Shown here piece after piece: positions 9,162-20,048 of a stretch of 64,000 nt of DNA. Made by a program: the position numbers and the translations under genes. The notes below the pieces were generated by a model, which saw only the letters and a list, made by a program, of their open reading frames with translations, was not told the DNA's origin and ran no database searches. The stretch is from Barthelona sp. PAP020 (taxonomy: Eukaryota), in contig JARQWU010000021.1 in NCBI GenBank assembly GCA_040182905.1, positions 1-64,000 of the forward strand, read 5' to 3'. Each line of letters starts with the position of its first letter. Position 1 is the stretch's first letter.

Positions 9162-10858
9162 ATGCCAGCTCGTTCAGTTAGGTTTCAACGTGGAGTTGAT
9201 TCAGGAAGATATAAGAGCGGTCGTTCACGTGAAATTACTCAGTCACGACGCCGATTAAGAAGACAGGATTTAAAAAGATTTCGTGATGATTTAGATCAAG
9301 ATTTCACTTCATCGTTTTTGGAAGAAAGAGTATTTTTTAATTATTTATTTGACATTACTAACTTTTGAAGCATGAAAAGATTATTGCCCTTTGTGAAATT
9401 ATTGCTGAACATGACCGTGCCACGGAAAAGGAAGCTATGCAGAGATTACGTCATGCTATTATTCCTCATCCACACCCTCATGATTTGTTACAAGAAATTG
9501 GAATAATACCTCACATTGTTCAAAATCTTGAAAATGAAGATCGAGATGTAAGATATTATGCTGCATGGATTTTATCCAATCTTACTTGTGGAGCTTCCAA
9601 ACATACTGCTGCAGTTGTTGATGCACAGGCTGTTGGTGCTTTAATTGAATTATTGGGAGATTCAATGAATGAAAACAAGTTGAGGGAACAATGTGCTTGG
9701 ACATTAGCAAACATTGCTGGTGATGCTTGGATGTATCGTAACTTGGTGTTGAGTAATGATGGATTAGATGCTTTTGCAAAGTTTTTATCTGAAACTACAT
9801 CCACTTCTTGTCAATCTACTTGTTTATGGGCCATCGGTAATTGCTTTAGACATAACCCAAGACCTCCTTTCCATTATTGTGAAACAACTGTTCCTAGTGT
9901 CATGAATATGTTGGTTAGTTCTGATGAAGGCGTTGTTAAGCAAGCTTTATGGACATTAACCTATATGACTGATAGACAATTCGATTCAGATGAAGATATT
10001 AGTATTTTCCTTAATAATACATTAATCCCCAACTTATTCAAGCTTTATGATGATTGTTTGGTCACAATCAAACGAAATCAACAGGATGAAATTCTCTGTC
10101 CTTTGATTCGAACCATTGGAAATTTGATTGTCATGTTAAAGAAGAAAGATGTGGATCTTGATGAGATGTTGGATCAAGATCTTTTGAAATATTTGCAAAA
10201 CACTTTAGTACATGCACCAACTGATATTCAAGCCACTACCTTATGGTGTTTATCAAATGTTTGTGCAATCAAAGCATTTTACAATACATTAGTCATTGAA
10301 TCTGGTATTTTAAATGAAGTTTTGCAAATTTTATCTTGTGATATTCCTGATTTACGTAGAGAAGCTTTGTGGGTGGTATCGAATTGTTTATACTTTTCTG
10401 ATGCTCAAATTGTTTCCTGGTTTGTTGAAAATGGTGTTATTCCACCACTTTGTGAGCTATTGTCATCATCACAACCCATTATTCTTTCATTAGTTTTGGA
10501 TGCTTTTTACAGGATTTTAGAATTTGGAAAAGAGGTTATTCATCAAGGAGAGAATCTTTACAAATTATATATTTTGAAGTGTGATGGATATAGTGAATTG
10601 GAACGAATTTCTAATACTTTTGGAAATGGTCAGATTCGTTCCAGAGCCAACAGATTGTTAAACATGTTTTTCTTGGACAATGAAGATTTCTCAGATGATG
10701 AGCTTGACTTTTCTTCCAATAAACGAGTTAAGGCTGATGATAATGATTCTTCTGGTGATGAAGATTATGAAGAAGATGAAGATGAAGAAGATGATGATAC
10801 AGACGATGAATCATTAAGTAGGACAAAATCAGAGTTTCACCAAGACATGTTCTTTTAA
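9162..10858 (+). CDS. KPNA: Importin-alpha family protein; two exons, 9162-9329 and 9371-10858
   Basis: Exon 1 is an Arg-rich IBB-like segment (RSREITQSRRRLRR). Exon 2 has ARM repeats AAWILSNLTCG, EQCAWTLANIAGD and RREALWVVSN. The acidic tail contains NKRVK. Confidence 0.92.
9330..9370 (+). other. 41-nt spliceosomal intron in importin-alpha
   Basis: GTATTTTTTAATTATTTATTTGACATTACTAACTTTTGAAG, with a TACTAAC branch site. Removing it joins ORFs 9111-9368 and 9365-10858 in frame (FLEER|HEKII). Confidence 0.93.
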
Positions 10859-10968
10859 GTAAATGATACAATATCGGTTTTCTTTTTTTTTTCTTCATTT
10901 AAAATTAAGGTTAAGTGATTCATAAAAAAAAATGCCGGTGAGGAAAATTTATTGAGCAGGTTTGAGGG

Positions 10969-13647
10969 TCAGTTCTTCTTCTTTTTCAAAGCTTCTTCCT
11001 CCAAAAGCTGGTTATAATGTTTCATTGCTTTATTGTATTCATCCTCAGCAATTGAAATTCTGGGCTGGCTTTTCTCAGGTACAATTTGAATCTGTTTTGC
11101 AGCAAAAGAAAAGAGAATTGAACGAACATGAAGGTTGTCCAATCGATTGGCGTACTTTTCAGCATAGGCCAACAAAGTGTTGATCAAAACAGATGAATTT
11201 TGGATGCATTCAAATATTTCTTCCAAAGTCAATGTGTTGAATATTGCCTGCAACAGTTGATTGGCGATTTTATTGGTTCTGCTGTTAGAAATCCACTCTT
11301 TAATGAATTCGAACAAAAGTCGAAGCAATCCCATGTCATCATTGTTTGTTTCAACATTGTCCAAATCTTCGAAAGTGAAAATTTGTAAATGAAGCTTCCT
11401 TGGCTCTTTGTTTTGAGATTTGTCACTGCTGTTTGCTAAATTAGTTTCCTCATCTAAATTTTTGACGAAGTCGATCATTGTCTCCATATCGCTTGCTTGC
11501 ATTTTTCCAACAATGTCAAACAAACGCCTGGGTCTTTCATACTTCAAACTCAACAAACCAGCCTTTACCAAATCTCCTCGTCTGATGCATGTGTCAATGA
11601 TATCCAACTCTTTTTCCATTTCCGCCTCCTTTTGGAATTGTTCTTCCTTAAAGAGAGTTGTTTCGTCCTTCCAAAACTTGATCACACAATCGGCCCCACT
11701 TGAAACAACCATTTCTCCATCATTGATTGAATCAAGCTGCCAGATCTTCTCTCCTTGATGTCCTGCAAATGTTTGAACCTTATCGCCCATTTTCAAATTG
11801 AACAAAGAAATCAACCCATCGCTGCCACAACTGATGAGTTGTTGTCCCAAAGAAATAAAAACAAAATCCAAAGTTGAGGACTTGGTCGCTGTTTCCAATG
11901 TCTTGAACAAGCTCATAGTGCTAAGAGACCATATTTTAACTGTTCCATCGCCAGAACACGACCCAAGCAACTTTTCGTGACGGGAAAATTTCACATTATT
12001 TACAGCTCTTCTGTGTCCATTGAAGGTCTCTAATAAAGTGGGTGGTTGAAATTCGCCAATTTGTGAGCGATCAATTCGCCATAATTTGACTGATCGGTCT
12101 TTGGATCCTGTCGCAATAAAATTGTCCTTACGGGCTATATCAATGCAATGAACGTTGTCTGAATGAGCAATAAATGTGTGTAGAGTTTTCAGTTCGTTGT
12201 TTCTGTAGTTCTTCAGGAAGTCAATTTTTTCGTCCACTGAAAGATGCTCCATTTTCTTTTCAAGCCTTTGAACAAACGAAATATCCCAAAATTTCAGTGT
12301 TTTATCGTCAGAACCAGTGATCATATATTCAATAGATTCATTTTGAAATATGACGCAATTCGGGTCTCCAGTGTGTCCAAATCCTCTTCCCAACAACATA
12401 ATTTGAACATTATCACCAAACAACACATACCAAAGACACACAGTTTTGTCATGAGAAACGGTTGCAATCAATGGCAATCTGCTTGATACTGCACAATTCA
12501 AAAGCACATCAGTATGTCCTTTTCCAATAAATGTTTCCATCGATTCTACATTGTACATTCTTAAGTATATCGAATTTGTAACAGACACGACAAATTTATG
12601 ATCAAATGGGAAAAACTTCGTCGCATAACTTGGTTCTAAATACCCAGGAAACGCAGCTATGTGCTCTAAATTCGACATGTTCAGAATTTCCATGTCCAGC
12701 CCTTGCCTTATTCCTAAAAGGCATGCTTCTCCTTTGTAAGGAAACTCCACGCATAACTTCCACATTTGTTTGCTATCAACAGCTTCATTATCATCATTTT
12801 CAACCGATTGAACAATTCCACTTTCAAGACCGGTGGGCAAAACACGCACAGTGAACAACTTACCCTTTTCACCACCCGAAAGCAATGTCCACAGCTCATC
12901 TTCATTGGTCATGACCAAACTTTCTTCTTTGTATGTATCGAGAGGAGTCAAGAAAAAGCAACTTTCAAAAGTGGCATAGGAATCAACCAATTCAAAAGAA
13001 TTGTTTTCCTTGAGCAAAAACATGTGAAGCATGGAATCCTGTCCAATCGAAAAAAGATACTTTCCATCTGGAGATATCAAAAGATCGTTGATAGTTGAAA
13101 CATGTTCCTTGATCGTGAACAAACGCTTTTTTGCAACAAAATCATGAACTTTGATCGTTTTTTGAATCATGGAGGTGAAATAAATAACCGGCTTGATGGG
13201 ATCGAATATCAAATGAGAAATAGTTCCCTCGTCCCTAATACTGTATAATATTTGCCTTTGACTGAAATCCCACACAATAATCAACGAATCGGTTGAACAA
13301 GATGCAAAATATCTTCCATCCTTTGAAAACTCAATACAACATATCTGACTACGATGTGGTTTGTATTCGTGCAATAATTTTTGTGTTTTTAAATCATAAA
13401 TTCTTAAATAATTTGATTCCGTCGCAAGTATTAAGAATTTTTCATTTGGATCAATGGAAAATGAGACTATAGGTTTAATATCGGGTGTAATCACATGTCT
13501 AGGCTTCAAAGTATCTATATCTATAATAAGAAAATCAGAATCACATGCAGAATATAAAGTTTTCTTATCCTTACTTACTATTGGTTTTCCTATTGTATAT
13601 ATAGATTGCAAATAATGGGACAACCCATATTTTTGTCTGGTTGTCAT
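10969..13647 (-). CDS. TBL3: WD40 SSU-processome subunit Utp13/TBL3
   Basis: Many WD40 repeats (IATGSKDRSVKLW, GHRRAVNNVKFSRHEKLLGSCSGDGTVKIW). The C-terminal Utp13-type domain reads ERPRRLF, IKEWISNSR..AN.LL, YAEKYANRLD. Confidence 0.9.
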   Translation of the reverse strand: MTTRQKYGLSHYLQSIYTIGKPIVSKDKKTLYSACDSDFLIIDIDTLKPRHVITPDIKPIVSFSIDPNEKFLILATESNYLRIYDLKTQKLLHEYKPHRSQICCIEFSKDGRYFASCSTDSLIIVWDFSQRQILYSIRDEGTISHLIFDPIKPVIYFTSMIQKTIKVHDFVAKKRLFTIKEHVSTINDLLISPDGKYLFSIGQDSMLHMFLLKENNSFELVDSYATFESCFFLTPLDTYKEESLVMTNEDELWTLLSGGEKGKLFTVRVLPTGLESGIVQSVENDDNEAVDSKQMWKLCVEFPYKGEACLLGIRQGLDMEILNMSNLEHIAAFPGYLEPSYATKFFPFDHKFVVSVTNSIYLRMYNVESMETFIGKGHTDVLLNCAVSSRLPLIATVSHDKTVCLWYVLFGDNVQIMLLGRGFGHTGDPNCVIFQNESIEYMITGSDDKTLKFWDISFVQRLEKKMEHLSVDEKIDFLKNYRNNELKTLHTFIAHSDNVHCIDIARKDNFIATGSKDRSVKLWRIDRSQIGEFQPPTLLETFNGHRRAVNNVKFSRHEKLLGSCSGDGTVKIWSLSTMSLFKTLETATKSSTLDFVFISLGQQLISCGSDGLISLFNLKMGDKVQTFAGHQGEKIWQLDSINDGEMVVSSGADCVIKFWKDETTLFKEEQFQKEAEMEKELDIIDTCIRRGDLVKAGLLSLKYERPRRLFDIVGKMQASDMETMIDFVKNLDEETNLANSSDKSQNKEPRKLHLQIFTFEDLDNVETNNDDMGLLRLLFEFIKEWISNSRTNKIANQLLQAIFNTLTLEEIFECIQNSSVLINTLLAYAEKYANRLDNLHVRSILFSFAAKQIQIVPEKSQPRISIAEDEYNKAMKHYNQLLEEEALKKKKN

Positions 13648-13687
13648 TATGGTCTCTCAAAAAAAAAGAAAATTTTTTTTTTTGTAT

Positions 13688-14608
13688 TTATATAAAATAT
13701 GGAGTATTTAACACTTGCATAATAGGTTTATCCGATGAAGAATAACTATCGAATATCACATATCTTTTTTCTAAACTTTGATTTAATACTAAAATTGCTG
13801 CTCTATTAGAAGGTCTGTGTGAATAATTAGGAGCGGACCATACACTAACTAACTTACCATTAAAAAATTCTTCATATCCTTTTACCATCATTTGATGAGC
13901 CCTAGCAATGAAAGTAATACCATTATCATAATTAAATTTTTCAACCACATCTGATCCAAAAAAGAATCCAGCACCTCTGGGTGAAACTGCGTAACCATTT
14001 TGATCATTAGATGGATCAGACCACAATAAATCTGAAATACATCCATCTGAAGGAACCTCTTTTTTTCTGTCTTGAGCTCTAATAATATCAATTTTAGGAG
14101 CTGAAGGTGATAAACCACCATGAACACAAAATACTTTGTTGTCTACCAAAGCACAAAGAGTAAAATAGTCAAATACTTCTGTACAATAATGCCAAACATT
14201 AGCACTACCATATTTTTTCAAACATTCTTCATAAAAACCGTAAAATTGGGTGATTTGTCGAGTTTCATGATTTCCCCTCACCAATGTTATTGAGTCTGGA
14301 TACTTTACCTTATAAGCTAACAATAATAAAATAGTTTCAATTGAATACAATCCACGGTCAACATAATCTCCCAAAAAAATATAATTTGTAGAAGGAATTT
14401 CTCCGCCAACTCTAAATAATTCTAACAAATCAAAAAATTGTCCATGAATATCTCCACAAATAGTTACAGGAGAACTTATATGTTGGACATTTGCTTCTTT
14501 GACCAAAATATCACGAGCAGCATCACATAATTCTCTAACTTCATCTTGTGTAATAAGTTCACAATTCCTTAATATCGAAATCTGTTCATCTAAGGTTCTA
14601 GTTGGCAT
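13688..14608 (-). CDS. PP2A-like Ser/Thr phosphatase catalytic subunit (PP4/PP6 type)
   Basis: Motifs GDIHG, GDYVDRG, RGNHE, HGGLSP, DLLWSDP, RAHQ and SAPNY. C-terminus TPYFI. Confidence 0.92.
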   Translation of the reverse strand: MPTRTLDEQISILRNCELITQDEVRELCDAARDILVKEANVQHISSPVTICGDIHGQFFDLLELFRVGGEIPSTNYIFLGDYVDRGLYSIETILLLLAYKVKYPDSITLVRGNHETRQITQFYGFYEECLKKYGSANVWHYCTEVFDYFTLCALVDNKVFCVHGGLSPSAPKIDIIRAQDRKKEVPSDGCISDLLWSDPSNDQNGYAVSPRGAGFFFGSDVVEKFNYDNGITFIARAHQMMVKGYEEFFNGKLVSVWSAPNYSHRPSNRAAILVLNQSLEKRYVIFDSYSSSDKPIMQVLNTPYFI

Positions 14609-14767
14609 CTATACAAAGAATAAACAAAAAAAAAAATGTCTTCTTTTTCTTTGAACAACAAAAAGCTTATTGTAAAAAGATCAATATCAATCACACAAAC
14701 AATAAAAAGACCAAAATTTACAACAAAAAAAGACTAAAATGAAGTGAATTAAAATTTTAAATTGAAA

Positions 14768-16522
14768 CTATTCAACAACATTCAATTGTTTCAAATCATC
14801 AATCAAATGTTTTAATTCGACAGCATAATCTATTCTTTTACATCTAAATACATTGTATCTAATTCTGTTAACACCTTGATAACTTTCGGTTCTGACGACA
14901 AGAGTAATTTCAAATTCTGCGCCTTCAGCGTTTCTGATTCTTGCTCTGTATTCATCGGGGTCGGCTTCTTTGAATTCACACAATTCTTTTGCGCTGCAGC
15001 CAAACAAAGCGGCACCGATATCTTCACCAAGGGCGGTGGCTGAAAGGTTGCCTGTTTCATCTTTTAACAATACCTGGAACAGATATGCATAGTTACAGTT
15101 TGTGTAATTAGTTTGACAGGCAGAGCAATAATAGACTCCATTGTCTTCTGTAACTTTTTTGTTGTGACTACCGCTGGGACAAGAAGGGTACCAAAAATCG
15201 TCTGAATTGCCCAAAGCACGTAAATTGAAGATTGTGACATGAACATTGACAAAGTCTCCCTTTTCTGGTTTTGTTCCAAGGCTAATATCGTTTTTGATCG
15301 ACTCAATGGTTCTGATCCGTCTCATTTTTGGTTGATTGCTTCTGTTTTCTTCAAGAGGCACAGCATTTGAGTAATCGATGTCATTGAGTCCTCTAACTTC
15401 AGGGATAGCAGGATTAACAAAAATCTTGCTTGCAAAGGAAGTTGAAAGGTTTTTCTTTCCGCCAAATTCCCCAACACGGCACGATTTTACACCCAAAATC
15501 GTTCCTGGCTTAAATGATGTTTCAACATGGTCGCCCCAAACAGTTAAAGATATGTACTGCTTTGAATGGTCAACAATTTGCACATCCTTCTTTTGAGTTT
15601 CGCCGCCCTTCTTTAAAGTAATGACTTGAGGTTCGCTTTCGCTCTTTACAACACCAACAACATCGATTCCTGTACCATTCGTCAATTCGGGAATTTTATT
15701 GATGGGCGTCACGTCCAGCTTCATCTTCGGCAAGCTTTGAGCAATGTTGTCGTTGCATTCGATCAACTCACAATTGCTGAGTGCTGACAACATGTACTGA
15801 CCGGGAGCATACTTTGCTGTTTGCCCATCAACAACACGAACTGAAAATCCGCTGAAAAAGTAGGACTTTCCCTCCTTGACTTCGCTGTGGAATCTGGTTG
15901 CTGTTTCACCGAAACAACTGACACGAATTTCCTGGGTTTCATCCGTCAAATTGAAATTAAAAACAACAAAAGGCTTTCCGTCGCGCTTAGAAACGCCGTC
16001 AAACAACCTTCCAATGTTTGTAACACGACCAAGAATCGCATTTGCCTTTCCATCTGTGGCCGCATTGATTCGACTGATTTTCAGAACTGGCTTGCCCGAA
16101 GGTGAACGCTGACGGGACGTTGAACTGGAAGAAGAAGGCTTAGATTCAACATCAGATGAATTGAACCCCTGATTGGAAGCACTGGTTGAAAATTTCATAG
16201 GCTTCGTATTTGGGTCAAGTAAAAACTCATTAGGCATATCACTAATAATTTGACATCTCTTCGCAACAAGAATATGATATCCTTTGGCTACTTTTGAATC
16301 ATATTCAAGAATTGTAATATCGTGAGCAATCAAATCCATTTCAAAATATGCAGGATCGTGTATTGTTAGATAACATACTTCAACACCGTCAGTGACGTGA
16401 CATCTCAATTGAGTGTCAGAATACTTTCTTGTAGATAATATCTGCAACGTTGGTTGAATGTTCGGATTATTATCCTGTCGCAAACGCTCCAAAATTCCCC
16501 AATTAGCTTGTGATTTGCTCAT
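14768..16522 (-). CDS. RPA1: Replication protein A 70-kDa subunit
   Basis: OB-fold motifs NLTDETQEIRVSCF, IDVVGVV and ISLTVWG, plus a zinc ribbon YPSCP...NKKV...YCSAC. First ATG at 16522; the ORF track used an upstream TTG. Confidence 0.92.
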   Translation of the reverse strand: MSKSQANWGILERLRQDNNPNIQPTLQILSTRKYSDTQLRCHVTDGVEVCYLTIHDPAYFEMDLIAHDITILEYDSKVAKGYHILVAKRCQIISDMPNEFLLDPNTKPMKFSTSASNQGFNSSDVESKPSSSSSTSRQRSPSGKPVLKISRINAATDGKANAILGRVTNIGRLFDGVSKRDGKPFVVFNFNLTDETQEIRVSCFGETATRFHSEVKEGKSYFFSGFSVRVVDGQTAKYAPGQYMLSALSNCELIECNDNIAQSLPKMKLDVTPINKIPELTNGTGIDVVGVVKSESEPQVITLKKGGETQKKDVQIVDHSKQYISLTVWGDHVETSFKPGTILGVKSCRVGEFGGKKNLSTSFASKIFVNPAIPEVRGLNDIDYSNAVPLEENRSNQPKMRRIRTIESIKNDISLGTKPEKGDFVNVHVTIFNLRALGNSDDFWYPSCPSGSHNKKVTEDNGVYYCSACQTNYTNCNYAYLFQVLLKDETGNLSATALGEDIGAALFGCSAKELCEFKEADPDEYRARIRNAEGAEFEITLVVRTESYQGVNRIRYNVFRCKRIDYAVELKHLIDDLKQLNVVE

Positions 16523-16675
16523 TAAAAAAGAAGACAAAGATTACACTTTTTCGTTTCTTCTTTGTCTTTTTCTGAACCTTATTTCTTCAAACAAAAATTT
16601 GGTTAAGGATATCAACGGTCAATTTATGAATTCCAAGTCTGGTCGTTGGACAAAAAATAAATCAAAGTAATTATT

Positions 16676-19489
16676 TTATATAGGACTCTTTTTGTGGGAA
16701 TTAAACTCATCAATTGCCTTTAACTTCCACTCTTCAATTTCCTTCTTTAAGGCGGGCATATCAATCAGATCATTGGGATCTAAAGGTGTTCTATTCATCG
16801 GGTCAACAGCTTCTTTGTTCAACAATTCCAAAATCATTTCTCTTTCAACAATGATACCACTTGATGGCAATTTAACGGGATCCCTCATCAAAGCGTAGGT
16901 CAGAACATCCAAGTATTCAAAAGGAATGTCACCCTCAAGTTCTTTGAAAATGGCATCCTCGGTAATAATTGTGTTCTTCTTCGTTTCGAGATAACGCACA
17001 AAGTTAAGAATCAAATCAACGGTCAAACGATCAATGTTGTTGCTCTTTTCAGTAACAAGCCTTGTAAACATGTCTCCATCATATTTTGTGCAATTTAAGA
17101 AGCTGACGATGATATTTTCATTCAAATCGTCGTTCAAAATCTTTCTCAACACCAACTCAGATACAACGCTGCGACCAATCATTTGCGCACCAACAATACT
17201 CAACATGCTTCTGAAAGCGTCCAGTTTTCTCGAAATCTCTGGAGTTTGAACCCTCAATCTGGTTTCTTTTTTGAACAAATCTTCAGTCTTGAATAATAAA
17301 TCAATCAGCTCAAAAAGATACTGAATGGGGTCTTCAGCCCTTTTGAAATAAATAGCAGGGTACTTTGGAATGATAATTTTGTGCAAATGCAGACACATGG
17401 TGATGTATTCGATCATTGCAGAAATATTGTTGCCAATATCCTTTAGTTCATTGTCAACCAAGCTGGAGAAGTTCGTGTCGAACATGTTTCTCAATTCCAT
17501 ATTCAAAAAATCAGCGTCTCTGAATGAATACTTGATTGCAGTTGCCAGTAGCTCGGGGTCAAGCGAGTTGATCCAGTATTTGTCTGTCAATTGAGGCATT
17601 GTAAACATCATCGATATGTCGGCTCTGTATCTCAACTTCATGTCAGACGAATCGATTTCTACAAATAGCTTAAGCAAAGCTGGGATCAAATATTTGTCCA
17701 GATGTAAGATTGACTTTTTCACCTTGATAGCCGATGTAATAAGATGAATCAGCGGGAACCTGTATGTGAATTGAGGAATCAGGTCGTTTCTCGCAACAAG
17801 TTTTGAGGCAACCAATATTGCAAGGTTGTTTTCCAGACAGAACGGCTCAGTAAATACATTTTGGAAAACCTCGGCTGGAATCATCGCAAATTCATTGACG
17901 TTTGCTGACATTTGATCAATGCAGTGGATCACTCCATTCACGAACTCAGGTATTGTCAACAATTCATGAACCAAGTTCAAGACGATTTTTTTCCGCAATT
18001 CCTCTTCTTCTTCAATCAGTCCATTTCTTCGGTTGTTCATTAGATTCACATTGAAGATGTGGTTGGTGATGATAACCAGACCCAACATGGCCACTTGCAC
18101 GTCAATTTCCAACTCCTCCATAGGGACTTTCTCTGGTTCTTGTTCCTGGTCTGATTTCAAAATGCTTGAGTATTTTGATTTCAAGGGAAAGTTCTCATTG
18201 GAAACCATGTGCTTGATGGCTACTCTAAAATGCTCGGCTTTCAGAGGAGGCAACTTTTTCAAAACTTTTGTGAAACTCAAGAAAAGATTCATTTGAAAGT
18301 TTATGCCAATATTTTCAATTGATAAAGGAACCATCTTGAAATTGAGCAGACAAATGCTTGACCAAAAATATTTCAATAGCTTTTTCAGCTTATTTTCATC
18401 TGTCCTCGCAAACTTGGTCACATTGGTAAAAAATTTTTGCAAATGGTTCAACATATCAAGTTTCTCCTTCTGTGTAATTTTTTCATCAACCACAATTGTT
18501 CTTTCTGCCACAGTCAACGCCAAATCAACCTCTTTTGATATCATGTATCGAGGAATATTATCATATCCCATGCTCATAAACCAACCAAATAATGAATGAT
18601 TGACAATAGAAATCGGCGGTATTCCCTTGTTGGAACCATCATTTACGAAAAAAGGCGATGCCAAAAATCGCTCACAACAGGCAGGCACAAGAGAAAGAAG
18701 AGACAAAATTTTGTAAGCATCCTTAAGTTCCTGTGTCTTATCAACATTGAGCTGAAGTAAAGAGAAGACAGAACAGCAATAACTGAAAAATTGCTCCGGC
18801 AAGTTCTCACCATATTTTCTATCCATATCGTCGATCATTTCAGAAAATTGAACAGTCTTTTCATGACACAGAACAGTCAACGAAACAAAGTCAAAACCCC
18901 TCTTCGTATTGAAAAAACCAGGAAAAAACAGTGACTTCATCACAAATCTTCGAATAATACTTTGTACCCTCCCAAAAACCTCATTCCATTCCTCCAAACA
19001 ATTATTTTCACAAAAAATATTTTCAACGTGCGTGATATCTGAAGGTTTTTCACAAAATATTAACGAATGAGAAAAAAAGTGATTAGTTTGATATAATTCT
19101 CGTAATATTGAATAAATAAGACCCTCAATAATGTCATTTGAATCACACATTCCATTAATCAGATGAGTCAATTGTTTTTTAATCACTCGAACTGAAGATG
19201 ATTCAAGTTTCCTTAGTTCAAAAAGGTATTGAATATTTAATAATGGTTGGCTGTACAAAGAAACTTTCAACAAAGATTCTATTGCTGCCACCATTAACAT
19301 ACCATTTTTAGATGATCCTCTACATCCTGCAATCAATAATGAACTATCGTATTGGATTTCTACCGGTAATTTTAACTTAAATTGAAGTTTAGTTGGTTTT
19401 GGAAGAATTCTTTCTGGATCATTCGTATCACTATTTGTCTCTTTTGATTTTGGTTTTAATTTTAACACTAACCTTGAACCATCCGTCAT
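16676..19489 (-). CDS. U-box E3/E4 ubiquitin ligase, Ufd2/UBE4-like
   Basis: C-terminal U-box IPFEYLDVLTYALMRDPVKLPSSGIIVER...DPMNRTPL..DL.DMPALKKEIEEW, preceded by a long helical region. Confidence 0.82.
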   Translation of the reverse strand: MTDGSRLVLKLKPKSKETNSDTNDPERILPKPTKLQFKLKLPVEIQYDSSLLIAGCRGSSKNGMLMVAAIESLLKVSLYSQPLLNIQYLFELRKLESSSVRVIKKQLTHLINGMCDSNDIIEGLIYSILRELYQTNHFFSHSLIFCEKPSDITHVENIFCENNCLEEWNEVFGRVQSIIRRFVMKSLFFPGFFNTKRGFDFVSLTVLCHEKTVQFSEMIDDMDRKYGENLPEQFFSYCCSVFSLLQLNVDKTQELKDAYKILSLLSLVPACCERFLASPFFVNDGSNKGIPPISIVNHSLFGWFMSMGYDNIPRYMISKEVDLALTVAERTIVVDEKITQKEKLDMLNHLQKFFTNVTKFARTDENKLKKLLKYFWSSICLLNFKMVPLSIENIGINFQMNLFLSFTKVLKKLPPLKAEHFRVAIKHMVSNENFPLKSKYSSILKSDQEQEPEKVPMEELEIDVQVAMLGLVIITNHIFNVNLMNNRRNGLIEEEEELRKKIVLNLVHELLTIPEFVNGVIHCIDQMSANVNEFAMIPAEVFQNVFTEPFCLENNLAILVASKLVARNDLIPQFTYRFPLIHLITSAIKVKKSILHLDKYLIPALLKLFVEIDSSDMKLRYRADISMMFTMPQLTDKYWINSLDPELLATAIKYSFRDADFLNMELRNMFDTNFSSLVDNELKDIGNNISAMIEYITMCLHLHKIIIPKYPAIYFKRAEDPIQYLFELIDLLFKTEDLFKKETRLRVQTPEISRKLDAFRSMLSIVGAQMIGRSVVSELVLRKILNDDLNENIIVSFLNCTKYDGDMFTRLVTEKSNNIDRLTVDLILNFVRYLETKKNTIITEDAIFKELEGDIPFEYLDVLTYALMRDPVKLPSSGIIVEREMILELLNKEAVDPMNRTPLDPNDLIDMPALKKEIEEWKLKAIDEFNSHKKSPI

Positions 19490-20048
19490 TTTAAATGGCA
19501 AAAAACAAAATTTATTGACATTATTCTTAAATCATTCATTTGTATAGAAAAGTAACATTTTCAAGGATTTATTCGGCTAATTTATGTAAAATAATATTAT
19601 TAAATGACACAACAAATATTTTAAATTTTCCAAAGACAAATGAAACCGCACATTAATCCCAACTTGTTTGACCTTTAGCAACAGGCTCTTAAAGAACATC
19701 CAAATTGTCAACTTGAGGAAGTTGAAATTGAGTTCCGGGAAAAAAGAATTTTTTAAGTGAGACTTTGTTGAGCATTGATCCATTTCAGAAGAATAAGCAC
19801 CAAAAATGCAAAGATAACAAGATAAGATGAGGCACAGGTTAAACTTGACTTTGGAAATTGTACAATGTAAAGCCTACCCATTTGTGGACGTGATTTTCTT
19901 TTTTTCGATTCTTTGTTTATTATTGAAGGATCCAAGTAATTGATTGAAATCTTGTACCTTTATTCCATAGCTATGTTCTATTTTTATGATAAAAGCAAAT
20001 AATTGTTTTATAGTTTTTAATGATTTATTGATTAATTGGAGAAATGTT

